NCBI GenBank assembly: GCA_977016875.1
Contig: CDRNST010000011.1
Location: 1,426,001-1,490,000, forward strand
Direction: 5' to 3'
DNA from: Pavona decussata
Taxonomy: Eukaryota
Length of the DNA stretch: 64,000 nucleotides
Below the pieces are notes generated by a model. The model saw nothing but the letters and a program-made list of their open reading frames with translations. It searched no databases and had not been told where the DNA came from. Of the stretch, positions 15,101-27,100 are shown one piece after another (the first letter of the stretch is position 1; every line of letters begins with the position of its first letter). A program made the position numbers and the translations under genes.

Positions 15101-18100
15101 AAAAGGACCAAATGTAGTTGTTGGTTCAAATAACGTCCAGGCCAATATTTTTGTTTGTTCCGTGACCTAAATTTTCTGTGTTGGGTTCGCAGCCAAGCAG
15201 AGAAATTCTGAAGGATTTTCACTCATTCTAGCATTCATTCGTACACTTAAACAAAATTTCTTTTTAATACGGTCATTCTGAGTGATTTGATTCCATTAGA
15301 TTTTTATTATCATAGACCTTTGTAATTAATTTAATTATAGATTTTGTTTTGTAAATTATACACGTAATTCAGTCTCCGGACTGCGAGGTGTTTTTTTTTC
15401 AATAAACGATTTTACTTAACACTATATTTATCTTTATCTTAACGTCAGTTACAGGCAAAAGGTCACCAAAGGCGGAATCCATCGTACCAAAGGGGTCTTA
15501 TGAGATGATAGCCTTGGCGTCAGGTAAGTCAGCCGAAAAAAACAATGTAGAAACAAAAACATAAATAAAGCAAAGCAAACAAGATCAAAAACAAAAACAA
15601 AAAAAAAAAAGCAAAGACTTGAAGAATTTAGCCTCCGGGTGACGACTATAACGTCAGATTAAGTGAGTTAAATTTACAAAGGCTAAATCTTCGACAAAAC
15701 TAGTTGAGAAAAATGCGAATTTTACACATATATTTCAATCTCCCTTAAGGAAATCACCGTCTTGAGGGCGGTAAACCTTCACTCCCCCATCCCCCCTACT
15801 CAATGTTGCTTTGAATGCCGGACGATTACCCAGCCATTTAGTTCAGGGACGGACCAACACTGATGAAGAGCTGGTGGGGGACTAAGTTGTTGATGTATCA
15901 CCGTAGCGGTGGAATTAGTAGATCGATAATATAATGTTTCTCGACGGTTTTGTCCAAGATTGTAGCTGATAAGAAATTCGCAAGGGATGTAGTGTTATTC
16001 CGAGTGAATTCAATTCAATTCAATTAATATTATCGAGGAGGGGTTTACGACTTAGACTAGTATTTTTAGGTTTACATTTTGTAAAGATCCGATTGTAGAT
16101 TATCACTGAACCGTAAGTAACTTTGTAAGAGTGTTCAATCTATTTATTTCCTTCAAATTATAATGAATGGAAACGTCTACCAGGTGATGTTAGAAATGTC
16201 ACAAGCGTTTCCACTTTTAAGACGTTTGTTGCCACCTCCAAATCGTCCTTAATGTTAAATTACTACTTTTATCATCAGTAATTCAGTAATATAAATAATT
16301 TTTACTGAAATTTTATGGTCTTTTTTGTTATAAGTTATTCTTTGCTATTGTTTTCGCCAGCATCATCATCTTCAGACTTTAACCGGAACTCTCCACGGCT
16401 GAGTAGCTTTGGTAAAAAGGGACCACGCCACCGTGACGATGACAACGAGGACCAAAGTCCCAGCCCTGCTCTGAAAAAGGCCCTTGTAGAACCACTGTTA
16501 CCTGAGAAGGGTCTTAAGGCCAAGAAGGGCTCTGTCAAGCTTGGTCATGGTACGGGCCTGCAGTACGTGGAAGTAGCGGTTGACAAAGGCCCGTTATCTC
16601 CTCCCCAGACCTCTGGTGCAGGAGGAAGTCAAATAAACAACAAAACGCAATACGCCGAAGTTCTTTTGCCGCAAAATGGATGCGTGCAAGAGGTGGATGA
16701 ATGTGAAGACGTTCCAACTTTGCCTCGTAAAGGCAGTAAGAAGGCTCTTTCTTTAAACGAATGTGAAGATATTTGGGTTCGAAATACGGCCGCCAACCCA
16801 CCACCCTCTCTTCCGCCTAAAACACGCACGAAAAGCGACGCTGCTGATTCTGAACGGCACGCTGCTAAATCGGCTCGAGCGCCCGCACCACTTCCACAAG
16901 ACACAAAACGCGCGGGTGGCGCAAGTCCCGCGGGTAGCTCGGGTCTCAGTGTTCCTGAGCAAGCCACAAAGCGGGTCGCTACGCCTGAGTTATCAAGGAA
17001 AGGATACGAAGATATGAATCTCAGCTCAGTGTCTAGTGGCAGAGCAACGCCGCCTTTCAAAGAAGACATCTGGAAACCACTGCCTGTGACCACAAGAGAA
17101 CACTCTAGGCAGCAGCCATTAGCGTACGAAAATGTGAGCCTCCCGCAGAGAGGAAAGACCGATGACTTGCAGAGCATGTTCATCTCCGATGTTGACGAAC
17201 AGGGGGAGGGTGATGATGGTTACGTTGTTGTTAGCCAACAGCTTTCAAAGCCGACTGATCCCAGGGGTTACGAAAATGTCACGCCAGGTGCTGTCACGCA
17301 AGGTGCTGTCACGTCAGGTGCTTCCACTTCAGCTGTGAAACATCCGTACGAAAACGTTTCGAATGATGGGACTTATTATGTGCCCATGGCAGGAGGTGTT
17401 CCGGACTCCAAGCAAACTGACAGGAAGAATGCTCAAGCTGCTGGAGAAGACAATAAAGACAGGAATTCTTCAGATATTGCAGGTATAAGGATAGCTTTTA
17501 GCTTCTCAGTTTGAAAAAAGGATTTCATCTAGAGTTTCAAAGATCAGAACCACCTTGTACAGCATAATAAACAGCACCAGTCATCCACAGACTCAAAAGT
17601 TAGAACCACCTTGTACAGCATTATAAAAACATTAGCAAAAGAAAGTACTGCTTAAAGTCAATCTGCATCACGCGTGATTAGTATTTTTGAAATTTGAACG
17701 GAACTTTGGAATTTACATGTCAGTTTTGAACATTAAGAGTTGCCCTAGAAATTTCCCTAGTTTATTGACGGTATAAAGCTAACAATTTTTCTTTACATTA
17801 CAGCATTAAGTATTTAAAAAAATAACCATTGTTTCCCAAGTATTTTGAACTTTTTTCCAGTTAATACGTCTTTTTCAGAGAAATCTTCAAGATTCCATTC
17901 AAATCATTCAGGATTTCATCAACAGTTACAATCGTTAAAAACATACTATGTGAGTCGATAAGCTTCAAGCTCGTAGCTTTAAGTGAGTGATGGAGGATAT
18001 CTTTTACTGTTCTCTTCAGAAGAAAAAAAAGACGCCCTGGATTACGAGATGATGAAGAGTGGCGCAGTACCAGTCATACACCAATATGTCAATATTAAAC

Positions 18101-21100
18101 GGCACGGTAAGTAACAAATGGGGCTGGTTCAACAAGAGGGATTAGTCCTTGAGAAGCTTTTTCTTGGCAATTTTGACTTGTTCGTGTAGTCAAGGGAGGG
18201 TGTAACGTTTTCAATGAACGTGTTACAAAACAAGAAAGATAACGACAGTTTTTGAACAAGACGGCTTGTCAAGGAAAGACTTCGCAAATTTTTTTGTTCA
18301 TAAAAAACTTATTCATCACATTATTTCTAATATAAAACTTGTCAAATGCGGGAGGGAGAGACGGCTTCCTTGTCAAATTCGTACTTCTCAAGGGAGAGTT
18401 GTTTGTGTGCCTCCCACCCCACCCCTGACGTGGCTCTGGGAGGGACGGCTTCCTTGTCAAATGCGCACTTCTCAAGGAAGACTTGCTCGTGTACCTCTCA
18501 CCCCACCCCTGACGTGGCTCTGGGAGGGACGTCTTCATTGTCCAATGCGCACTTCTCAAGTAAGACTTACTCGTGTATCTCTCACCCCACCCCTGACGTG
18601 GCGCTGGGAGGGACGGTTTAGACGTGTTACTTAAGGAGTTTTCTCTCAACTTGTTGTTAATACGATGTTGAAACCACTGGTACCACGCAATCTTTCTACT
18701 ATCCATGATAAAACGTGACGCATTGATCTCGAAAGAAAACAGTGCTCTATTTATTTCTAAGTTCAAAACAATCTGCCCATGTATAATTTGAGGCTTTTAA
18801 AATTATGTCTGAGCACTTACATTGGGAATTATGGCTTTGAAAGAAAAATACGATCGATAAAAATATTAAGTAATGTCTTAATCTCCTTATTTTCATTTGT
18901 CGTACATCACGGATGTAATCGGATAAAAAAGTAGAAACGTACAGGGCTGGTGAATTGTCTCACAAAATGAACGGGTTCCCGCCTTGCAGTACAAAAGTCA
19001 TGGGAATCTCACATTACCAAGTATTAGACCAAGTGATGGCGTAATATGCCACTCTTGGTGTTCTTGAGGCTTTAAAGACTCCGACGATACACTCTGTCGA
19101 GATTATTTGAAACGGAATTTTGAAAACGCGTTAACAATCGTTTTTGACGCACGAAGATTTCCAATGGGGAGACATGACGTCAGTTCCTGGAGATTTAATC
19201 TTTACAATAATCGTGTTTAACACTGTCCTTTCACAGAACTGATGTTTCTACTAAAGGAATCGACGTTTTGTTGCCGTTGTTTACGTTTTTTTTTTTTTTT
19301 ACGGTGTTCATAACGAGTATTAACAGGGCGATTTTTAGTGTAGAAAATAATTTGCATTTTTTACGGTTTTGCGCTATGAGTAGCGGCTTCAGTTTTCAGA
19401 TTTTTTTAATTCTTAGCATTGGAAAACAATGACAGCATAGACAGGGAAAGATCTGCACCTTCAGAAAAATTTTGAAGTTTGAACTGTGCAAGTCGAGCAC
19501 CTTTTCGTAGGTAGAGCGGGAGGAGCGTAGCCAATATGATGACAACATTCGTGATAGAACGCTAGTTTTATAAGATTTTAAAATTTAGTATTCAAAGCTA
19601 ACAAAAGTTGACTTCTGCTAAGAAACATTTATCGCCAAAGACACTTACCGGGCCCGGTATGTTACCGGGTCTTTCGAGAAACGGGCCCCAGCTATCAAAG
19701 TCCTGGAGGTGGATTCATCATTTACGTCTGCGAACTATCTCATTATTAACACACATATTCTTCCCACTGTGCTCTATGTATCTCTTATGGTACTTGTTCG
19801 GAGAATTCGTTTAAACATCAAGACATTTTATTTTTGTGATTATTCCCCTTTTTCTCATAACTTATATTGTTTGGTCCAGTATTGGTATTGTGGAGAGAAA
19901 ATAGATGGTCGTCAAGGATTAAATGTGAGTGACTGACCATCTTCCTGCCGTGCGGTCTTTCTCCGAGCTCCTGCCTTTCAGTGAATATTTCGTGACAAAA
20001 AATAATACATTGAACGTCCATATTTCTTGTCATGCAAGTTGAGGTTTAACTCCAGTCTTGGCCTCTTCTTTTATTTCTTTTTTACCTCTACTGAGTATAA
20101 TGTGTTGTTTTTGTTCGAGCAGATGGCGTGGGCGATCCCGTAGAACCCTCGGGTAATATACCGCTCAAGGTGAGTCAAGATTTCCTTTTTTGGACGCTAG
20201 ATAAAAACGCTGACTTGCCCCAGGTGTGTTCATGCACCGTGAAACAACTGAAATAGAACTGCGTATCCTTCCTTTCTTCCTTTCGCCGGAACAACGAGGA
20301 AAGATCTCAGTTGGAGTCGAGTTTACGGCTGTACATCGTGTTGAAAGATGTACTTTGTTACGGAAGTTGTGAGGTCAAGTTTCAAGTGCTTTGGGCGTGA
20401 AAAGCTATCGTCTTGTGAGTGGCTTGGCCCGCCCTATGGCCTGGAGACGTGATTACAGTACCGCAGAGAGCCGTCATGATTAAAAATAGTGCAATTTATA
20501 CCAATAAGAAGTCTAATCTGTAAGAGGGACGATTGCAGTCGAAGGTGGATTGTACTTGTCCTGTGCGAAAAGGTCAGAGCAAACTTGTTGTAATTCAAGC
20601 CATGTGTACAGGAAATGCACAGTGAAAGAAGATCACAGTGTGAACTTAGGTTTAACTTGTAAAAATCAGGATTTAGCCATATTTAGTCACGGCAGGAATT
20701 CAAACGCCATCTTAAAGCACGGAAATGTTCGGGATGTTTGTTTACGAGCCCATGCCGTTTTGTGGTTGTTTAGTTATGCCTCGTCACTTATAAACAAGTT
20801 GCCACTTGAGTGGTGCTTGTTTAGAAAACGAGCTTTTGCTCTGTGCATCAGCTACGACAGCTCTGTTGCTTTACGCTTGGAAATTTTGGTAAGACTGCAA
20901 ATTAAGACACATCTATACAAATCCATATTTTCCCTTGTCATTTTCAGTTAAACGATAAATTGTCACACGTTAGAGACATCTGATAAATAGTTTTCTCACC
21001 TGATAGTTTACTTGTTGCGGGACACATCCTTATCTTTGCATTTCTTTAAATTGTTGTTTGTGTTTATATTTTACTGTTCGTTTGACCACAATATTCGTTT

Positions 21101-24100
21101 TCGGCTACTGTGTTTTTAAAATTTGACCTAATTTCCCCTTGTGGTTGGCTCATTAATGTCCTCTAGATCATTGAACAACATCATGTTAGTTTCCACCATC
21201 GACTTCATGGTCTCGACACTCGACAATATCACCTAAACTCCTTTGTATTGCTATTTGTTCTAAATTGAGTGCTTGGGTTATATTCAATGGTAATTACTTC
21301 TTTTGCATTTGCAAAATATGATGTGTTAACTTGACTATAAGGTGTTCTTAATTTTCTTAATCTCACCGAAATATTTCTGTGTGATGATATCATCATTTAC
21401 AAATGTTGTTTCCTTAAATTAATACTTTTTCGTGTTTCTTTCCAAAAGATGCGAGACTACAACGCGCTGTATGACTGGTTGGAAAAGATCAAGTTGACAA
21501 TCTACATCGATAATTTTGTCACAGGAGGTTTCGACATGACCAGTGTCCTTGGAATCACCGCAGAGGTAACGAATAATCCTCTTTCTAGTTTTCCCTAGAT
21601 AAAATGTTAACGTAAGATTACTCAAATGAAAGCCACGTTAAAATATTTGCAAATAAGTTTTGCGTTTTCCGAGTTGGCCGCTTCTGTGGGTGACATTCAT
21701 GGCACCTTGAGGGAAATTGCACGACAATAATATTTGCGTTAAGGTTAAGATAGGGGAAAGATAAATTGAAAGTGCTTGTTAGGACAGGGTAAAGCCAAAA
21801 ACGTGCAGTAAAAATGCAATCCTTAAAAAAAGTGCGCCTGTTACATGGTTCGAAAGCTATCAGATGGATACTTTCGTGGAAAGAAAGTCTACCAAGAAGC
21901 AAAAACAAACGTCACGAAGCGAAACACAATGTTATTGTTTGAAATTTGTGGCTAAGTTGTTGGGGAACTTAAGTAATACAATAAGGTATTTAGTCACTTT
22001 TCTCACAGGTAACAGCTTGTTTAAAATTGGTTCTGCCTGAGTATCGTATGTTCGACCTCGTTTCGTTTTATAAACCTTCTGTGTGCGTCTCATTTCTCAG
22101 ACGTAGCAGGCGAGAAAAATAATTTACGTAACGTAGCTTAGGTCAGAGTTCGGCAAGCAAAAGAAAACGTAAACTGCAAAAGCTTGTTCGTTGTATGTTG
22201 TTTTTGAACTCGATGTGTCTTAAAAAGAAACAAACCATTTGTTGTTCATAAGACAACACTGTTAATTGATATGTTGCTTGTTAATCAGCACTGATTAGAT
22301 TAGAAATAATCTAACTATTTACCAACCAATTATTGTCGTGTTGAATTCCATTTTTACTTGGTTGTAGCTTTTTCTTGTACCAAACCGGCTTCTTCGCCAA
22401 ACGTCTGAAGAAGTAAGCTTGCTTGAGTGCATCTTTCTCTTCCCTGCTGTCGGTGTTCGTTTTCCTCATAGTTCTTACATACCTAGTTCCTAGTTCTTAC
22501 ATACAAAGCGCTTAATAATCTGGCTCCAGATTACATATCTGAACTCTTTTGCCCATATCTACCATCACGCCCATTAAGATCTGCTGACCAAAGGCTCTTA
22601 GCTACTCCTCGCTATAACACCAAGACATATGGAGCGAGAGCCTTCTCTGTCTATGCTGCCAATGCTTGGAATTCCTTGCCGCTTCAAATAAAGAAGTCCG
22701 AGACATTGAACTCTTTTAAATCTTCAGTTAAGACATTTATTTCGTAAATTTTATCAATTAGAGTAGGTTTTTTAATGTGACTATGAAGTTTTTTTTTATA
22801 TATATATGTATTTTTCTCACATTTGTAATTGGCATTTTTATAGAGTTGTAAAGCATTGAGACTTAGTGTAATGCTTAATTATATATTATTATTATTATAG
22901 TTTCGAACCTAAAGGTTCGCCCAGAGGATTAAAAACCTCCTTTTTTGGGGAAGATGTGTTGTTTTTTACAGCTTGTACGAGACCCTATTCCGCGTTAAAT
23001 CCCTCAAGGCTGAAACGACAAAATTGTCATACCCTATGCAGTCAGACCAGTGGTCCAAATGTACCCTATTCTTCAGAGTCAAATGGTCAGAAGCTGTCAT
23101 CCATTTTGGATCAAAATAGCTAATTAGAACACGTGACACATGTCTTCCGTACTCACTTACAGGGGTACTCTTGGTGGAAGCGACGGGTGCTTTAGTTTAT
23201 AGGGACTACATGGGTTCAAGCTTTTTTTTGTAGTTTCATGTTCAAAAAAAAAAATGTTTATAATTGTTATTTTGATACTGTTGTGGATTTAAATCTAATC
23301 AGGACATTTTGTTGTTTTTTTTTTGCTGGTTATTCCTATCTTGTGTTGTTAAGCGTACGGTCCACGTAATGTAATATAAACACAAGAGAACGGTGCTGGG
23401 ATTCTAGGCGTCTCTTTTTCCGGTGAAGTAGAAATGTCCTAGCTCAGATGAATCCGGGGCAGATTTTAATTACAGCGGAAGAAAATGACCAAGTAAGGGG
23501 TAATCTTTCGAGACGGCACACTTTCTTTCAGTGATTTCATGTGCTACCGGTAAATCAACTGGACATAATAGGATAAAGAGAAGATTGGCATGAATTTAAT
23601 AGTTTCGTTCCCAACGAAATCAGATTCGAAACTGTAAAAGAATCCCGAACTGAAATCGAACATTCACCATGCAAAAGTTAGAAACACCTTGTACAGCATT
23701 ATAAACAGCACCACAGGAAAGTACTGCTCGGTAGCTTTCATTTGAATGGTCACACTTTAGGATTTCATCTACAGACTCAAAAGATAGAGCCACCTTGTAT
23801 AGCACAGTAAACAGCACCACAGGAAAGTATTACTCAGTAGCTTTCATATGAATGGTCACACTTTAGTTTCCCAGACTTGAAAGTTAAAACCACCTTGTAC
23901 AGCGTAATAAACAGCACCACAGGAAAGTACTACTCAATAGCTTTCATTTGAATGGTCACACTTCAGGATTTTGTCCAGTGTCTCAAAAGCTAAACCCGCT
24001 TGTGTAGACGTTTTATTCTGCTTTTGTTTCAATGAAATAATTGGTATTTCTCGTGAATTCTGTTCAGGATCTGACGGCTATAAACGTAAAGAAAACAGGT

Positions 24101-27100
24101 CATAGGAAAAAGATTTTATCAGAATCAGCCAAGCTGGAAAAAACAACAGTATTTCCTACAGATAAACCGGTAAGTTTGCATGTTTGTTTTTTTTTCTTAA
24201 AATATAGGACGAGATTATTTTTAATGCTCTGTCGGATTTCTGTCAAGGCAGATACACGTAGTTAATTTGTGTTCAAACATCGGAACATTTTTTTTTCAGT
24301 CGAGTATCGAAAGTAATTTCTCGTTTGCTTGGGTTTTGCTTTTCTAAATACAGCCTGTTTATATGGAAGAGGCCCGCGTTACCGAGATCTCGGGTCGTAC
24401 CTATTTTTCTGTGTTATTAAAATCTCATTGTATTTCTGTGGGTGTGCGGGCTGACTTGGTTGCCGATACCCCCCTATAGAGTGTGTTCATGGCGGCCATG
24501 TTGGAGCAGCCAAACAATAAAAGATATTTGCATAAAAATAAAATTCATTTCCTAAAGGAAAATCATTCTATTGTTTCCGCCGAGGCTCCTACAATATGGC
24601 CGTCGTAAACGCACTCTGTAAGCTGCCGGGATTTCGGTAAACCAAGCTGAAAAAAATCTTTTATAAGCGAACCAGCCCGCTTAATGAGCTGAAAACTGTC
24701 ATTGTGCGCATGGCAATTCGCTGAACATAGCACCAACTCGCGTCCGGTACTTTCATTGCAGAAAGATATCATGACGTGGCTGCGTATGATTGGCCTAGAA
24801 CAATACATTCCGGAGTTCATGGATGGCGGATTTGATGACATGGACTTCCTACAGGATATGACGCTAGAAGACTTAGTAGCGATTGGAGTTACTAAACCAG
24901 GGCATCAAAGAAAGATTTGGATGGCTGTTAACGCGCTGAAGGAAGACGACGAAAATGGAAGCTTGTTGGAACAACAGGGAACAATTCAAACGGAAAATGT
25001 GCAGGATGAGTTGATGCCACAGGAGAGGAAAGGTTATTTGGAGACCAGTTTAGATGGAGATGATTCCGGTGTCTCCACTGATGAAGTCGAACCGGAAAAC
25101 GCGAGAACGGACGACAGCGAAATGGAGTTTCCTCCGCCTCCCCCGCTTTTAGTTAGGGAAAATGTCAACGAAGAGCCATTTGTCGAGGATTCTTCGTCAG
25201 TCGAATCTGAAATCCCAGAACGCTCAGGACTTTGCAGAAAAGTAGATAGCGTAGAATCGCCAATGGAAAACAAAGAACAAGTGGATCAAATAGAGAATTC
25301 GGTTTCTCCAGATCTGCTTTCTGAAGTTCCACAAACATCTCAAGTTGAAACAAGTCTGTGTTCTGGACGCCAGGAAAAAGAACTTGATAAGAAAGATGCG
25401 GACACTTCGTTAGTTTTACACGAAGTGAATAGCGATCAATCCCCGGAAAGCGAAGATGACGAGCCTCCTCCCCGCCCTCCCCCTCCCATGGAGGACATTG
25501 ACATATCATTCCCCATACCCGACCCTCCTCAAGACAATCACTCAAGAGGCCCCGTTAAGTCCGTTAAGGATACCGTGATGAGAGAAAACGATAGATTACG
25601 GACCTTTTCTCTGGACTCCACCTTCCAGAGGCCCAAGAAACCCGCGGCGCCTCCGCCTGTGAAACCGAAGAGCTTCAAGAAGCCCCCTCCCCCTGTGGTG
25701 AAGCCCAAGCCTCGCAAGGCAGCGTCGTTCTCCGGATCCAGCGACAAGAGCTCTGGCGAGGACAGTGGCGGAGACAGGTCACCCATGAAACCTCTTGCTC
25801 CTGTTAGTCCTTTGGACAGTAAGTATTTTTACTTTTATTAAGAATAATAAAAACACAATCCTGACCAAACGGTTTAGGGACATCCTACTTTTTAGAACCT
25901 TTTTCTAAGCTTGGAGGCATTCGTTTCAACCGACCCGAATCTGGATGTTGCGCTCAAAAATTCGATTTCTGTTCCAATTGAGGAAAAACTATTCTCAAAA
26001 TCATTAATAATTCAATTGAAGGAAACAAAGCAAAGGAAATCACTATCGTGAATGAGGTTTGGAAATGCGATCTTAATTATCATAAAATGTGGTGAATTTA
26101 TGCTTTGAATTTGAATTTGAGAAGCTACATCAAACACTTGAAAAACTGTTTCATCCGATTTGCAAAAACCTTGAAGTTGGTTTAAAAAAACTTGGCTACG
26201 CCCAAATGGTGCTTTGGAAATCAGATGAAATACTCTTCCACATGTTTGATGTATTTCATCTTACATTTAATCCAAACAATCGTTCTGATTTGTCTACGAA
26301 TCCGTTTTCAGATCAATATGTTCCGTCCGCTTTGCACAGATTTTGTCCACATTAATTTTTTAACACGTGCTTATTTTGAATGGAAATAATCTCATTAATC
26401 TTTCTTAGCTAAGACTAAAATCCAAACAGTATGGATTCATAAAATCTGAAAATCGAGTACACTTAAGGGAATGCATCCTTACTTCAACGTCGCTGATAAA
26501 GCGGTTTTCAATTGAGTGTGGAAAGTAATTTCTCGTTTGCTTTGGTTTTGCTTTACTGTGCTCTGTGATTGGTTGGCAAAGTTCGCGCCATTTACTCAAC
26601 CAATGGGAAGCCAAACTAAACCAATTGTGCTTGGTTGCACGCGTTTTCCCGCGCTTGACGCAGGTTACATGTATTTGCTTCGAGTTCTGATTGGCTGATT
26701 GTGCTGTTTACATCAGTTGTGATTGGCCAGAGGAATTACTTTGGTTTTGGTTTTACAACAGTTAATTGAAAGCCGCTCTAATTGACAAATACCAAATGTA
26801 TAAATCACTTTAGGCCACTCTCGTTTAAAAATATCTCAATTCGGCCATACGTTGTAGAAGATGGTAGCTGGTTACATGATATCTTCAGTTATTTAGACTC
26901 TACCCTAGCCTCTCGTTAGCTGAGAATGCACGATTTTAGTACTGAAACTAAAACAGATAACAAAAGGTTAGTACATTAGCTGTTTTTTTAGTCGAAAATA
27001 ACGGGGAATGTCTTTGTTACACACAAGCCAAGCACACACACCGAGAATTAAATTGTGCCTTAACTTGTCTCAAATAAAGTCTTACCTTTAAACTTGGTTT

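Noticed and set aside
16335-17183. Antisense and alternative-frame ORFs over the large Caskin exons (also 25034-25786)
   Set aside because: Shadow ORFs of GC-rich coding exons with no independent features.
18266-18766. Three overlapping repetitive ORFs
   Set aside because: They arise from an 84-bp intronic tandem repeat whose period is a multiple of 3; there is no splice support.
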